A DNA stretch of 64,000 nucleotides from Acidobacteriota bacterium (GTDB lineage: Bacteria; Acidobacteriota; Terriglobia; Terriglobales; Acidobacteriaceae), in the NCBI GenBank assembly GCA_021785495.1, contig JAJYFB010000001.1, positions 9,891 through 73,890 of the forward strand, written 5' to 3'. Position numbers and translations under genes: made by a program. Shown one piece after another: positions 16,284 through 26,772 of this stretch (position 1 is the first letter of the stretch; each line of letters starts with the position of its first letter). Below the pieces are notes generated by a model. It was not told where the DNA came from. It ran no database searches and saw only the letters and a program-made list of their open reading frames with translations.

Positions 16284-19200
16284 TTCGCCGGCTTGTTGAT
16301 TTCGCGCTGCAAAATCGGCTGCTGGTTCTCAGCCTCGGCATGTTGCTCTTCGCCTGGGGCATGATTTCGTTTCACCGGCTGCCGGTCGAGGCCTATCCCG
16401 ACGTGGCCAATAACTACGTGGATATCATCGCGCAGTGGCCGGGCATCAGCGCCGAGCAGATCGAGCAGCAGGTGACGATTCCCATCGAGACCACGATGAA
16501 CGGCATTCCGGGCATCGCGCACATCCGTTCCTGGTCGATCTTCGGGCTCTCGACGGTCGAGATCGTCTTCGGCGAGGAGACGACAAACTTCGAAAACCGC
16601 GAGCGCGTGCTTGAACGGCTTTCGCAGGTCACCCTGCCCAACGGCGTCGTGCCGCAGATGGGCACCGACTGGAGCCCCGTCGGCCAGATTTACTTCTACA
16701 CGCTGCGCAGCTCGAATCCCGCCGAGGATGTGATGAACTTGAAGACTCTCGAAGACTATGTGGTCTCGAAGAATCTCAAGTCGGTTCCGGGCGTGGTCGA
16801 CATCAATCCCTTCGGCGGGCCGACGCGCGAGTATCAAGTGCGTCTCGATCCCGACAAACTCGTCGAGTATGGACTGAGTCTTGCGCAGGTGGAGCAGCAA
16901 CTGGCCAACAACAACGCCAACGGCGGCGGCAGCTTCATCGAGGAGGGCCAGCAGCAGGTCAACGTGCGCGAGGTCGGTCTGGCGCGCACGGCCGAGGAGA
17001 TCGCCAACACGGTCGTAGCCGCCAGGAACGGCACGCCGATTCGCATTCGCGATCTGGGCGTGGTCGAGCAGGGGCCGATGATCCGCCTGGGCCAGTTCGG
17101 CGACACCGAGCGCGACAAGGATGGCCGCCTGATCGACAATGACGACGTTGTCTCGGGCATTGTCGCTCTGCAAAAAGGCGCCAACGCGCAGCCCACGCTC
17201 GACGGGGTTCACGCCATGGTCCGGCAGTTGAACGAGAAAATCCTGCCCAGGGGCGTGACCGTTCATCCCTTCATCGACCGCAGCGACCTGCTCCACTTCA
17301 CCACGCACACGGTGCTGCACAACCTCACCGAGGGCATGATCCTGGTCGCCCTCATCCTGTTTTTGTTTCTGGGCAACGTGCGCGGCGCGACGATTGTCGT
17401 TCTGACGATTCCCTTTTCGCTGCTCTTCGCCGCCACCTGTCTCGACCTGCGGCATATTCCCGCCAATCTTCTCTCGCTGGGCGCGCTCGATTTCGGCATG
17501 GTGGTGGACGGCGCGGTGGTGATGGTCGAAAACATCGTGCGCCATCTGTCGAAGGCTGATCCTGCTCGCACGGCCGAGCAGAAAATTCGCGATGCCGCCC
17601 ACGAGGTGCAACGGCCCGTCTTCTACGCCATCGCCATCATCATCACCGCCTATCTGCCGATCTTCACGCTGCAAGCCGTCGAAGGCCGGCTCTTCCGGCC
17701 CATGGCCTGGACCGTCGCTTTCGCGTTGCTGGGCGCGCTGGTTTTTTCCATTCTCCTGGCGCCGGTTCTGGCCAGCCTGCTGCTGAGCAAGGGAGCGAGC
17801 GAATGGCGCAATCCGGCGATGGAATTTGTCCGCGAGCACTATCGCAACGGCGTAACCTGGGCGATTCATCATCGCCGCATCGTGCTGAGCGGTGGGGTTG
17901 CGGCGTTTTGCCTGGCGGTTTTTCTCGCCTCCAGCGGCGTCATCGGTTCGGAGTTCCTGCCCCATCTCGATGAAGGCGCGCTCTGGGTGCGCGGCACGCT
18001 CGAACAAAGCGTCGGGCCGGACGATAGTGTGCGTATGGCCAATCAGGCGCGTCTGCTGCTCTGCTCGTTTCCGGAAACCACCGAGTGCACCAGCCAGGCC
18101 GGACGCCCTGACGATGGCACCGACCACACGGGATTCTTCAATACGGAGTATTTCGTCGGTCTGAAGCCGAAAGGCCAATGGCGTCCCGTCTTCGGCGGTG
18201 ACAAGGACAACCTCATCGCCTCGATGCAGGCCGCGCTCGACAAGAAATTTCCCGGCGTCATCTGGGGATTCTCGCAGCCCATCGAAGACAACATGGAAGA
18301 GGCGGTCAGCGGCGTCAAAGGCGAGCTGGCCACAAAAGTGTACGGCAGCGATTTGCACACGCTCGAAGATCTGGCCAACCAGATCGAGACGGTGATGAGC
18401 CACGTGCGAGGCATTACGGACCTCGGCGTTCTGCAAGTGACCGGCCAGCCTGATCTGGATGTGACGGTGGACCGCGCCAAGGCCGCGCGCTGGGGCATCA
18501 ACGTGGCCGATGTGCAGGACGCGGTGCAAACGGCCGTCGGCGGCACGGCGCTCACGCAGGTGCTGCGCGGCGAGGAGTCGTACAACCTCACCCTGCGCTA
18601 TCTGCCGCGCTACCGCAACACGCGCGAGGCCATCGAAAACATTCGCCTGCTGGCGCCCTCCGGCGAGCGCGTCTCGCTGGCGCAACTCTGCGACATTCGC
18701 GAGGCCGACGAGGGTTCGGAGATTTATCGCGAAAACAACCAGCGTTACGTGGCCATCAAGTACAGCGTGCGCAATCGCGCGCTGGGCGACGCGGTGCGTG
18801 AGGCGATTCAAAAGGTCGATGCGCAGGTGAAGCTGCCGCGCGGCTATCGTCTCGGCTGGGAGGGCGAGTACCAAAGCGAGCTCCGCGCCGAGGCGCGCAT
18901 GGCCATCATCGTGCCCCTCACGGTGCTATTCATCTTCGTCATACTTTATGCCATGTACAAGTCGCTCAAGTGGGCGCTTTTGATTCTGGCCACGGTGGCC
19001 ATGGCCAGCCTGGGCGGGCTCCTGGTGCTGCTGATGACGCACACGAACTTCAGCGTCTCGTCGGAGGTTGGATTCCTGGCGCTCTTCGGCGTCTCCGTGC
19101 AAACCGGCGTGATCATGCTCGAGTACATCAACCAGCTTCGCGTGCGCGGCGACTCCATTGAAACGGCCGCCGTGGAGGGCGCGATTCTGCGCCTGCGTCC

Positions 19201-19441
19201 CATCGTGATGACGATGCTCGTGGCCACGCTCGGCTTGCTTCCGGCCGCTCTATCGCACGGCATCGGCTCGGATTCGCAGCGGCCCTTCGCCATCGTCATC
19301 GTTGGCGGCCTGGTGACGAATCTGCTGATGAGCGTTTTCCTTTTGCCCACGCTCTACGTCTGGGTGGCGCGCGAGCACGACATTCTTCCGGCTGCCGACC
19401 AGACAGAGGAAGCAAAGGATTCTGGCCGGGATCTGCCGTAA
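16280..19441 (+). CDS. czcA: Heavy-metal efflux RND permease (CusA/CzcA family)
   Basis: 'MIRRLVDFALQNRLLVLSLGMLLFAWGMISFHRLPVEAYPDVANNYVDIIAQWPGISAEQIEQQVTIPIE', about 1050 aa with 12 TM helices. ATG at 16280 overlaps the adaptor stop. The longer track ORF (16121) is an upstream extension. Confidence 0.93.
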   Translation: MIRRLVDFALQNRLLVLSLGMLLFAWGMISFHRLPVEAYPDVANNYVDIIAQWPGISAEQIEQQVTIPIETTMNGIPGIAHIRSWSIFGLSTVEIVFGEETTNFENRERVLERLSQVTLPNGVVPQMGTDWSPVGQIYFYTLRSSNPAEDVMNLKTLEDYVVSKNLKSVPGVVDINPFGGPTREYQVRLDPDKLVEYGLSLAQVEQQLANNNANGGGSFIEEGQQQVNVREVGLARTAEEIANTVVAARNGTPIRIRDLGVVEQGPMIRLGQFGDTERDKDGRLIDNDDVVSGIVALQKGANAQPTLDGVHAMVRQLNEKILPRGVTVHPFIDRSDLLHFTTHTVLHNLTEGMILVALILFLFLGNVRGATIVVLTIPFSLLFAATCLDLRHIPANLLSLGALDFGMVVDGAVVMVENIVRHLSKADPARTAEQKIRDAAHEVQRPVFYAIAIIITAYLPIFTLQAVEGRLFRPMAWTVAFALLGALVFSILLAPVLASLLLSKGASEWRNPAMEFVREHYRNGVTWAIHHRRIVLSGGVAAFCLAVFLASSGVIGSEFLPHLDEGALWVRGTLEQSVGPDDSVRMANQARLLLCSFPETTECTSQAGRPDDGTDHTGFFNTEYFVGLKPKGQWRPVFGGDKDNLIASMQAALDKKFPGVIWGFSQPIEDNMEEAVSGVKGELATKVYGSDLHTLEDLANQIETVMSHVRGITDLGVLQVTGQPDLDVTVDRAKAARWGINVADVQDAVQTAVGGTALTQVLRGEESYNLTLRYLPRYRNTREAIENIRLLAPSGERVSLAQLCDIREADEGSEIYRENNQRYVAIKYSVRNRALGDAVREAIQKVDAQVKLPRGYRLGWEGEYQSELRAEARMAIIVPLTVLFIFVILYAMYKSLKWALLILATVAMASLGGLLVLLMTHTNFSVSSEVGFLALFGVSVQTGVIMLEYINQLRVRGDSIETAAVEGAILRLRPIVMTMLVATLGLLPAALSHGIGSDSQRPFAIVIVGGLVTNLLMSVFLLPTLYVWVAREHDILPAADQTEEAKDSGRDLP

Positions 19442-19496
19442 AGACGCCCATGCGCATCCGTAAAACACTTGCTCGCGCGTTTATACTCACTTTCGA

Positions 19497-20465
19497 ATGA
19501 TTCCTGTGTTTTTTTCGGTGGTTGCAGGCGTTTTCGGCCTGGCCTTCGGCAGCTTTCTGAACGTTTGCGCCACGCGCTGGCCTGTGGGCGAGAGCGTGGC
19601 CGCGGGCCGTTCCCGCTGCCGCTCCTGCGGTCGCACTCTGGCCTGGTGGGAAAACCTTCCGCTCGTGAGCTGGCTCCTGCTCCGGGGCCGCTGCCGAAGC
19701 TGCAAGGCCATCATCGGCTGGCGGTATCCGCTGGTGGAGTTGGCTGTCGCAGTGCTGTGGGCCTTTGCCGGAGGGCGCGTGCTGGCTGGGTCCGTCGATC
19801 TCGCGCTGCCGCTGCGCGCGCTGGCCTACCAGCTTGCGATCGCCGCCGGGCTCATGATTTTTCTCTGGCTGCTGACGGCTCTGGCCGTTCTCGACGCGGA
19901 AAATCTCTGGCTCCCGGACCGGCTGGTCTGGCCAGGCACTGCACTGGGGCTGATGATCACTCTCGGCGGGCTGACTGCACAGGCCGGTCTCGGCCTGACC
20001 AGCGGTCTTCCGCCTTCGGCCCTGCCGGCAACCATGGGCATGACGGCGGCAACCGGACTGGCGCAGTGGCTGGCGGCGATGGGAGGGCCGAGCGGCAGCC
20101 TGAGCGCGCGCCTTTGGATCGCTCTCGTCAGCCCGCTGCTGGCCGCAGCGCCAATGCTGGCGATTCGTTGGCTCTACCGGCTCGTGCGCCATCGCGAAGG
20201 GCTCGGACTGGGCGACGTGAAGCTGATGGCCATGCTGGCCGCGTGGCTCGGAGTTGCGGGCGCGGCGCTGGCCTTTTTCCTCGGATCGATTCTCGGCGCG
20301 CTCACCGCGCTCGCGCTGCTGGCGCGGCCTCGCGCCCAAGGCGAGGATGCGGAGTGGATGCGCGCCAAGCTGCCCTTTGGCAGCTTCCTCTGCCTCGGCG
20401 CGGCGATCGGCGTTTTCTGGGGACGGCCGCTGATCGCGCTCTATCTGCGCTGGGCCGGACTCTGA
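19497..20465 (+). CDS. pilD: Prepilin peptidase (A24 family, PilD-type)
   Basis: 'GSFLNVCATRWPVGESVAAGRSRCRSCGRTLAWWENLPLVSWLLLRGRCRSCKAIIGWRYPLVEL' and 'GLGLGDVKLMAMLAAWLG'. Confidence 0.9.
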   Translation: MIPVFFSVVAGVFGLAFGSFLNVCATRWPVGESVAAGRSRCRSCGRTLAWWENLPLVSWLLLRGRCRSCKAIIGWRYPLVELAVAVLWAFAGGRVLAGSVDLALPLRALAYQLAIAAGLMIFLWLLTALAVLDAENLWLPDRLVWPGTALGLMITLGGLTAQAGLGLTSGLPPSALPATMGMTAATGLAQWLAAMGGPSGSLSARLWIALVSPLLAAAPMLAIRWLYRLVRHREGLGLGDVKLMAMLAAWLGVAGAALAFFLGSILGALTALALLARPRAQGEDAEWMRAKLPFGSFLCLGAAIGVFWGRPLIALYLRWAGL

Positions 20466-20472
20466 GACAAAA

Positions 20473-21240
20473 TTACGGCTGCGCGGCGGGCGCTTGCGCA
20501 ACCTGCTGCGGTTTGGCGCCGGCAAGGCGCGGATCGGCAAGCGCCTTGCGCGCCTCTTTGGCATGATGGCTGCCTGGATCGTAGATCATGACCTTCCGGT
20601 AGTTGTCGCGCGCTTCGGCAAACCGGCCCAGTCCGCGCTCGGCTTCGGCCAATCCCCAGTAGACATCCGGATTGTCCGGGTCGAGCACAAGCGCGGATTC
20701 GTAACGCGAGAGCGCGGCCTTCCAGTCCTTGTTGTCGAGATAGTACTGGCCGACGTGTTCGTCTTCAGTGGCCGTCTCCTGGTGGGCGGGCGGCTCCGGC
20801 GCAGCCGTGCGACGGTGTCGTCCAGACGGCGTCGCATCGCCATCCGGCGGCAGAAGGTTGCCCAGACCGGCCTGGCTTGAGCTCCAGTTCTGCTCCCCTC
20901 GCTCGGCGGCGGCCGAGGCATCTTCTGGACTACTGACCGGGTCGATGTCCTCGTCGGGAATCGCCATGCGGCGAGCATTCTCGTCTGCCCCGGGAAGCGC
21001 ATCCGGCGCAAGATGCGCGGGAATCACCGGAACGTCGCTCGTGTCTTCGGGAAAGGGATTGCTGTTCTGTTGCGCCGAGGACGCCGGTGTCGGCGCAACG
21101 GCTGGGGATTGCGGATTCCCTTGCTGCGGCGGGTTGGCCGCTGCCTGCGCGCAGAGCATCGTTGCGAATACCCAGAGGCACGTCAAGCCCGTCGCCCACG
21201 CCGCCCGCCGAAATGCCGTTTTCACCGCTGTTCGCCGCAC
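20473..21240 (-). CDS. Secreted TPR-repeat protein
   Basis: Signal peptide 'KTAFRRAAWATGLTCLWVFATMLCAQA'. C-terminal TPR: 'GQYYLDNKDWKAALSRYESALVLDPDNPDVYWGLAEAERGLGRFAEARDNYRKVMIYDP'. The start is uncertain (GTG at 21240 or 21225). The Arg-rich track extension to 21612 overlaps the next gene and looks spurious. Confidence 0.6.
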   Translation of the reverse strand: MRRTAVKTAFRRAAWATGLTCLWVFATMLCAQAAANPPQQGNPQSPAVAPTPASSAQQNSNPFPEDTSDVPVIPAHLAPDALPGADENARRMAIPDEDIDPVSSPEDASAAAERGEQNWSSSQAGLGNLLPPDGDATPSGRHRRTAAPEPPAHQETATEDEHVGQYYLDNKDWKAALSRYESALVLDPDNPDVYWGLAEAERGLGRFAEARDNYRKVMIYDPGSHHAKEARKALADPRLAGAKPQQVAQAPAAQP

Positions 21241-21332
21241 TCTCCTATTTTGACTCCGCGGTGGCCGGCTTGTCACATGGCGCGGCGCGTCTTGCGCGGC
21301 CGGAGGATTCCGGCTGGCCTGCGACCGCGCGT

Positions 21333-22490
21333 CTATTCCTGTTCGCCGAGGGCCAGACGCAATTGCTCCGACTCGTTCCAGGCAATCTTGAGTCCGCCTG
21401 AAACCAGGCCCCGGCCCATCAGCTGCACCATGGCGACGGCCCAACGAATCACGCGCGGCGATGCGCCATGCGGCCACAGCTCGCTTAACGGGCGGACGAC
21501 GCCATCGGCGCCGGGGTGGTAGACCCGCTCGTCCCAGTTGCGCGATCCCTGCGGAAACTCCGGGTAATAGCGCACGGCGTCGATGGCCGATTGCAGGATG
21601 CGGTGTTTCCACGGCTCGGCGTACTGCGGCATGAAGAGCACATGACTCTGTTTGTGCCGCCGCACCTCATGCACGAACTCGGTGAAGCTGGCCGCATGGG
21701 TCAGATTGATGTTGGCGTTCGGTTCCACGCCGTGGCGATCGCCGCCGGCCACCAGCAGCATGTTCCACTTTTCCGCCAGTCTCCGCACGGCGCGGTTCTC
21801 GTCCCAATGGCGCAGGCCGTTCAATTCGAGCGCGTGCAGAAAGGCTCCGTTCTTCTGCAGAAACTCGTTGACCAGGAACTGGTGCTTCTCCTTGCCGATC
21901 AGGTAGAGATCCCACATCGGGTGGTTGAAGACCACCAGAACATTCGGTTCGGCGTTAAGGGCCGAAAGAATCTCCGTGAGGCGCGCATCGCTGGGGTTGG
22001 CGGTGAACGCTTCGAGTGTGGCCATCCACTCGGTGGCCTTGGCGCTGGGCAGATTATGCACGCCCAGATGAAACGACTGCATGCCGCCGTAGGGAGCGCT
22101 CCACTCCACGGAAACCGGAATCTGCCGCGCGCTGGGGACCGTGCGCAGCAGCATGGGCGCTTTGATGTTGTCGTGGTCGCTCAGCGAGACCATGGCGTTG
22201 AGGCCGAGCTTTTCGATCTGGCGGGTTTCCAGGTCGAAGGCCAGCTTGGGCGTCATCGGCGGCGTCCAGTAGCTGGCCGCATAGTTGATGCGCACGCCAT
22301 GAACCTGCTCGGCCCGCCGCTCCAGGCGCGAAAGCAGGGGGCGCATGACCGGGAATTGATTGCCGAAGTTGGCCAGAAAATCCAGCGTTTCCGACGACTG
22401 GTTGGTGTGGCTGTGCAGCGAAACTCCGGTAGGAAACCCTCTTGGAGCGCCCGTATCGCGCCAGAGATACGAGATCGTGGATGCCGGCAT
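21333..22490 (-). CDS. PHP-domain-like metal-dependent phosphoesterase (hypothetical)
   Basis: A strong RBS (GGAGGAGGAGG) precedes ATG 22490. His/Asp motifs 'SLHSHTNQS','SLSDHDN','HLGVHN','GGDRHG' fit a PHP-type metal site. The assignment is by motif only. Confidence 0.5.
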   Translation of the reverse strand: MPASTISYLWRDTGAPRGFPTGVSLHSHTNQSSETLDFLANFGNQFPVMRPLLSRLERRAEQVHGVRINYAASYWTPPMTPKLAFDLETRQIEKLGLNAMVSLSDHDNIKAPMLLRTVPSARQIPVSVEWSAPYGGMQSFHLGVHNLPSAKATEWMATLEAFTANPSDARLTEILSALNAEPNVLVVFNHPMWDLYLIGKEKHQFLVNEFLQKNGAFLHALELNGLRHWDENRAVRRLAEKWNMLLVAGGDRHGVEPNANINLTHAASFTEFVHEVRRHKQSHVLFMPQYAEPWKHRILQSAIDAVRYYPEFPQGSRNWDERVYHPGADGVVRPLSELWPHGASPRVIRWAVAMVQLMGRGLVSGGLKIAWNESEQLRLALGEQE

Positions 22491-22750
22491 GATGACCTCC
22501 TCCTCCTTCTTCCTCCGCGCCCAGTTTCATTCTCAGTATCCCGCAAAAGGCGTGAATGCGGAGTTAAGGGCATGCGAATTGCCCTTCAATTGATGCAGCA
22601 CGAAAAACAAAAAATCATCGGAATTCCGGGAAAAATGGGGAAAAACCGAAAAATCCGAGGCCTGCCGGGGCTGCGACCGGCGGCGCACCCAAGGCACGCA
22701 GCCGTCCTGAAAGATAAGATGCGCCACCGGCCCGCACGTCGCAGCCGCGC

Positions 22751-23845
22751 CTACTCCTTGCCGGTCTTCGCCAGATCAGGACCGAGAAAATCGTCGAGAT
22801 TCCAGCCGGCCATCAGCTCTTCGCCGGGCCCTGCCTTCAGTTCGCTGGCCCTTGCGGCCTCGGCGGCCAGATAGTTCTCCGTCAGCCCCTTGCGCAACAG
22901 GTCGAAGGCCTGTTCGGGGGTGTCGGCGAACTGGAACAGGTCCATATCCCTGGGCGAGATGGCGCCGGCGTCGGCCAGCACTTCCAGGTTGAAGACCTTC
23001 TTCCAGTAATCGGAGCCGTAAATGACGACCGTGATTTTTTTGTTGAGTTTTTTGGTCTGCGCCAGGGTGAGCAGCTCGAACATCTCGTCGAGGGTGCCGA
23101 AACCGCCCGGAAAAACCACCAGCGCTTTGGCCAGGTAGGCAAACCAGAGCTTGCGCATGAAGAAGTAGTGAAATTCGAGGTTCAGCGCGGGCGTGATGTA
23201 CGGATTGGGCCGCTGCTCGAACGGGAGCAGGATATTCATGCCGATGGTCTTGCCGCCCGCCTCCCAGGCGCCCCGGTTGGCCGCTTCCATGATGCCCGGG
23301 CCGCCGCCGGAGGTGACCACAAAACGATGTTTGCGCGAGGGGATGGTCCTGGCCCACTGCGTCAGCAGTTGGGCCAGACGACGCGCATCCTCGTAGTAAC
23401 GCGCCATCTCGACGGCGGCCACGGCGCGCTTCAGTTGCAGAAGGCTGGCGCGCCCGGAGGCAATCTCGCCAGCCTTGGCTGGCTGCTCGTGGCTGGGGGC
23501 GGGATGGATGGAGCCGGTGTTTTCCAGCAGCTCCAAGGCGTGATCGGCCTCCTCGCGTCCGCGAAAGCGGGCGGAGCCGAAAAAAACCACCGTGTCCTGA
23601 ATCTGCTCGCGGCGAAAACGGGCCAGCGGTTCGAGATACTCGGATAGAATGCGGATGGGCCGCCCGTCGGGACTGTCGAGGAATGTCTTGTTTTCGTAGG
23701 CGAGCGGCGCCGAGTCGAGCGGCGGCGGCGCTCCGTTGCCCGGAATCGCGGCCCCGGCGGCGGCGGCGGCCGCTGCGCGCGCTACGGCTTCCTGATGTTC
23801 AGCGGCGTGCTCTGTGTTTTCCGGTTCTTCGTTCCTCTTTGTCAT
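22751..23845 (-). CDS. LOG-family (TIGR00730-type) nucleotide 5'-monophosphate nucleosidase-like protein
   Basis: 'VVFFGSARF','VVTSGGGPGIMEAANRGAWEAGGKTIGMNILLPFEQRPNPY','VVFPGGFGTLDEMFELLTLAQTKK'. Confidence 0.85.
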   Translation of the reverse strand: MTKRNEEPENTEHAAEHQEAVARAAAAAAAGAAIPGNGAPPPLDSAPLAYENKTFLDSPDGRPIRILSEYLEPLARFRREQIQDTVVFFGSARFRGREEADHALELLENTGSIHPAPSHEQPAKAGEIASGRASLLQLKRAVAAVEMARYYEDARRLAQLLTQWARTIPSRKHRFVVTSGGGPGIMEAANRGAWEAGGKTIGMNILLPFEQRPNPYITPALNLEFHYFFMRKLWFAYLAKALVVFPGGFGTLDEMFELLTLAQTKKLNKKITVVIYGSDYWKKVFNLEVLADAGAISPRDMDLFQFADTPEQAFDLLRKGLTENYLAAEAARASELKAGPGEELMAGWNLDDFLGPDLAKTGKE

Positions 23846-23848
23846 GGT

Positions 23849-24238
23849 TCAACCATCCTCACGCCGTAAGGCTTCTTGAAAGGCGATCCACAGATTGAGC
23901 AGTCCCAGCCCAGAGACCAGGCCGCGTACGGCGCCCGCCTGTGCGATGGTTCCCAGCGCGGGGTACCGCAGGAAAAGCATGTTGCGATCCCAGAAACTGT
24001 GCGACCAGGGCGCATAGCAAAGCGCCAGGCCGACGTAGAGTTGCGCCACGACGCGCAGAAACAGCTCCGCGCGCACCAGCCAGCGCGAGGGCGGCGGCTG
24101 GTGCGGGGCGGTGGCGATCGCTGGGGGCATGGTCATTCCAGAGGGGGTTGCCGACGGACCGTACAGTGCCTCCGCGGGCGCGGACCGCATCGGCGACGAC
24201 AATTCCGGCTGTTGAGGCATTCGTTTGCCTGGGTCCAC
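23849..24238 (-). CDS. Small membrane protein, unknown function
   Basis: It lies 3 nt upstream of the LOG gene start. Hydrophobic helices are 'LFLRVVAQLYVGLALCYAPW' and 'GLVSGLGLLNLWIAF'. The start is uncertain (GTG 24238 or ATG 24220). Confidence 0.5.
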   Translation of the reverse strand: MDPGKRMPQQPELSSPMRSAPAEALYGPSATPSGMTMPPAIATAPHQPPPSRWLVRAELFLRVVAQLYVGLALCYAPWSHSFWDRNMLFLRYPALGTIAQAGAVRGLVSGLGLLNLWIAFQEALRREDG

Positions 24239-24524
24239 TGTTCAGGATGCCGTTGCGCAACGGCCGGTTGCCTGCGTCCGCGCGGTCTCAATCCGAGGCC
24301 GCAGATCCGGTCCCGGCGCAGCAGCGCCGTATTGTCACGGTAACACAGCGCAGTCAGAAATTCAGAGCGCATGAGCCACTTGCGCAGGGCGGCGCAGCCC
24401 CGGGGCAAACCGTCTCACCGCGCACCGCACGAAGCGGGACGCCGTTTTTTGTCCGGTTGGAGATCCTGCGTATCGGCATTCCGCGGAGGTGTCCGCGCCG
24501 TCTCTCCTGAGGAGGGGTTGCGGT

Positions 24525-25802
24525 CTACACACTCCCCAGCGCCTCTTCCGCCCATTGCAGCGCTTCCTGATAGCTCACCAGCAGATCGCTGGTGTGCAAC
24601 CCGTACCGTTCCACAATGGCGTCGCAGGCCTCCCAGCCGCCGCGTTCGTGGCCCTCCAGCCAGTCCAGCAGGGCGCGTTCCGGCAGTGGTTCGCCTTCCA
24701 GCGCGCGGCGGATCGCATCCTCGAGCGGCAGATACGGGCTCAGTTCTCGCATGGGCGTCCGCAGCATGGCGGGCAGCAGGCTCAGCATGCCCAGCAGATA
24801 CTGCTCCGTATGATTCAGGCCGCAGAACACGGAGGCCAGCTCGCAAAAGCGCCCGCGCAGAAAGGCCATGCGCAGCAGTTCGGTGGTCTGGCCCGCGTTC
24901 AGTTCGCTGGCGATGGCCAAGGTGGCCATGCGGCGGAAAGCCTCTTCGCCCAGCGCGATCAGCGCGGCTTTTACCGAGCGCACCTCCTGACGCATGGCGC
25001 ACATCGGCGAGTTGACCAGCCGCAACAGGCGGTAGGTGAGCGAAGCATCGCGCTTGACCAGATCCGCAAGCTCGTTGACATCCACATTGTTGCCCTGCAG
25101 CAGGCGCAGAATCTCGATCTGCAGCAGCCGGTTGGAGGGGACCCGGTGGTTGCCCATCAGCACGGGCCGGCAGAAGTAGTAGCCCTGCAGGAGCGTAAAG
25201 CCCTCTTCGCGCGCCCGGCGGAAGTCTTCCTGGCTCTCCACCTTTTCGGCGATCAAGGCCACGGTCACGCCGCGCAGCTTTTGCAGCAGCACGCGCCGCT
25301 GCCACGCATCCGAAAGGAGAAAATCCACCTTGATGTAGTCGGCGATCTCGATGAGCGGCTCGAAACCGGGCTTCCATGTGAAGTCGTCCAGCGCCAGCCG
25401 GAAACCGGCGGCCTTCAGGCGGCGGCAGGCATCGATCAGCGCAGGCGTAGGCTCGATGGTTTCCAGAATCTCCAGAACCGTCATGCCGGCCGGCAAAACG
25501 TGAATCAACTGGCCGGTCAGCGCTTCTTCCGTGCAGTTCAGAAATGCGGGAAGATTCGAGGTCAGCCGCCCCAGGCCGTACAGCACGGTATTGTCGATCA
25601 TGGTGCGGGTGGCCAGATCGCCATCGCCGCTGAACATCGCCTGTGGCCCATTGCGGAAGAGCAACTCGTAGCCATGCACTTTGCCGTGCAAATCCAGAAT
25701 GGGTTGTCGCGCCAGGTAGCGCATGTCCATGGCTGGATTCGGCGCAACGGCCGGTTCGGTTTCGGCGTGGCAATGTGCGACATCGACAGACGTCTTGGCC
25801 AT
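24525..25802 (-). CDS. EAL + HDOD two-domain c-di-GMP signalling protein (COG3434-type)
   Basis: 'YLARQPILDLHGKVHGYELLFR','TVLEILETIEPT','FRLALDDF','ADYIKVDF','ALIAEKVESQEDF','LLQGYYFCRP'. The HDOD part is 'LVKRDASLTYRLLRLVNSP'. Confidence 0.85.
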   Translation of the reverse strand: MAKTSVDVAHCHAETEPAVAPNPAMDMRYLARQPILDLHGKVHGYELLFRNGPQAMFSGDGDLATRTMIDNTVLYGLGRLTSNLPAFLNCTEEALTGQLIHVLPAGMTVLEILETIEPTPALIDACRRLKAAGFRLALDDFTWKPGFEPLIEIADYIKVDFLLSDAWQRRVLLQKLRGVTVALIAEKVESQEDFRRAREEGFTLLQGYYFCRPVLMGNHRVPSNRLLQIEILRLLQGNNVDVNELADLVKRDASLTYRLLRLVNSPMCAMRQEVRSVKAALIALGEEAFRRMATLAIASELNAGQTTELLRMAFLRGRFCELASVFCGLNHTEQYLLGMLSLLPAMLRTPMRELSPYLPLEDAIRRALEGEPLPERALLDWLEGHERGGWEACDAIVERYGLHTSDLLVSYQEALQWAEEALGSV

Positions 25803-26067
25803 GCGTCACCCTCCCTGCCGTCTATCGGCCGCAAGCACAACCGCTTGAAATGTGTGCGGAAATTCATCACACCACGGTAACTGCCCCGCCCGGAACACCG
25901 CCGTCTAGCCTGGAGCCGGATCCTCGACACGCCTGATCCATCGCGCCAAATCGAACGGCAACGGGCGCGCTCGCATCCTCGGCGGCTCCGCTGCGCGATC
26001 CCTGCGTCCCCGGAGATATTCTTTACGGGACGGCCCGACGTGCCGGGCCGTCCGCAAAGGAGATTCC

Positions 26068-26649
26068 ATGCCATCCGCCGGTTCCGGTCCCCTCCCGCCG
26101 ATCGTGACGCTTTCCAGCCGCGAAGTTTACCGCAACCGCTGGATGCGCGTGCGCGAGGACGCGATTTTGCGTTCAAACGGCGAAACGGGTCTCTACGGCG
26201 TCGTCGAAAAACACGATTCGGCAATTCTTTTGCCGATCGAAGGCGACCGCATCTGGCTGGTGGAGCAGTATCGCTACGCCGTGCAGGAACCGGCAATCGA
26301 GCTGCCGCAGGGCAGTTGGGAGATGGAGATCGAGAATCCGGAGGAACTGGCGCGCGGCGAGCTGCGCGAAGAAATCGGCCGCGACGCCGGCCGGATGACG
26401 CTGCTCGGCAGGCTCTGGATCGCCTACGGCTTTCTGCGCCAGCGGCAGTACGTCTACCTGGCCACGGATCTGCGGCCCGCCCACAGCGAGCGCGACGCCG
26501 AGGAACACGACCTGACCGCCCGGCAGCTTCCCATCGCCGAGTTCGAGCGGATGATGCTCGCGGGCGCAATCCGCGACAATTGCACCCTGGCCGCCTGGGG
26601 ACTCTACCTGCTGTGGAAGGCGCGGCAGCAGGACTCGACCGGCGCGTGA
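26068..26649 (+). CDS. NUDIX hydrolase (ADP-ribose pyrophosphatase-like)
   Basis: Nudix box 'GSWEMEIENPEELARGELREEIGRDAG'. RBS AAGGAGA precedes ATG 26068. Confidence 0.85.
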   Translation: MPSAGSGPLPPIVTLSSREVYRNRWMRVREDAILRSNGETGLYGVVEKHDSAILLPIEGDRIWLVEQYRYAVQEPAIELPQGSWEMEIENPEELARGELREEIGRDAGRMTLLGRLWIAYGFLRQRQYVYLATDLRPAHSERDAEEHDLTARQLPIAEFERMMLAGAIRDNCTLAAWGLYLLWKARQQDSTGA

Positions 26650-26772
26650 AGCGGCTCTTGTCCGGTCTCCTGCGACCTTCTCGCGCCCCGCCGCCGCGCA
26701 ACAAGGGCCAGAGAAGCGGAAGCCGGTGATTACGGAAAAAACGCAAGAATCCATGCGAACGGCTCTTGCGGT

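Noticed and set aside
16259-18874. An 871-aa minus-strand ORF.
   Set aside because: It is antisense to the czcA-type RND permease and is a shadow ORF.
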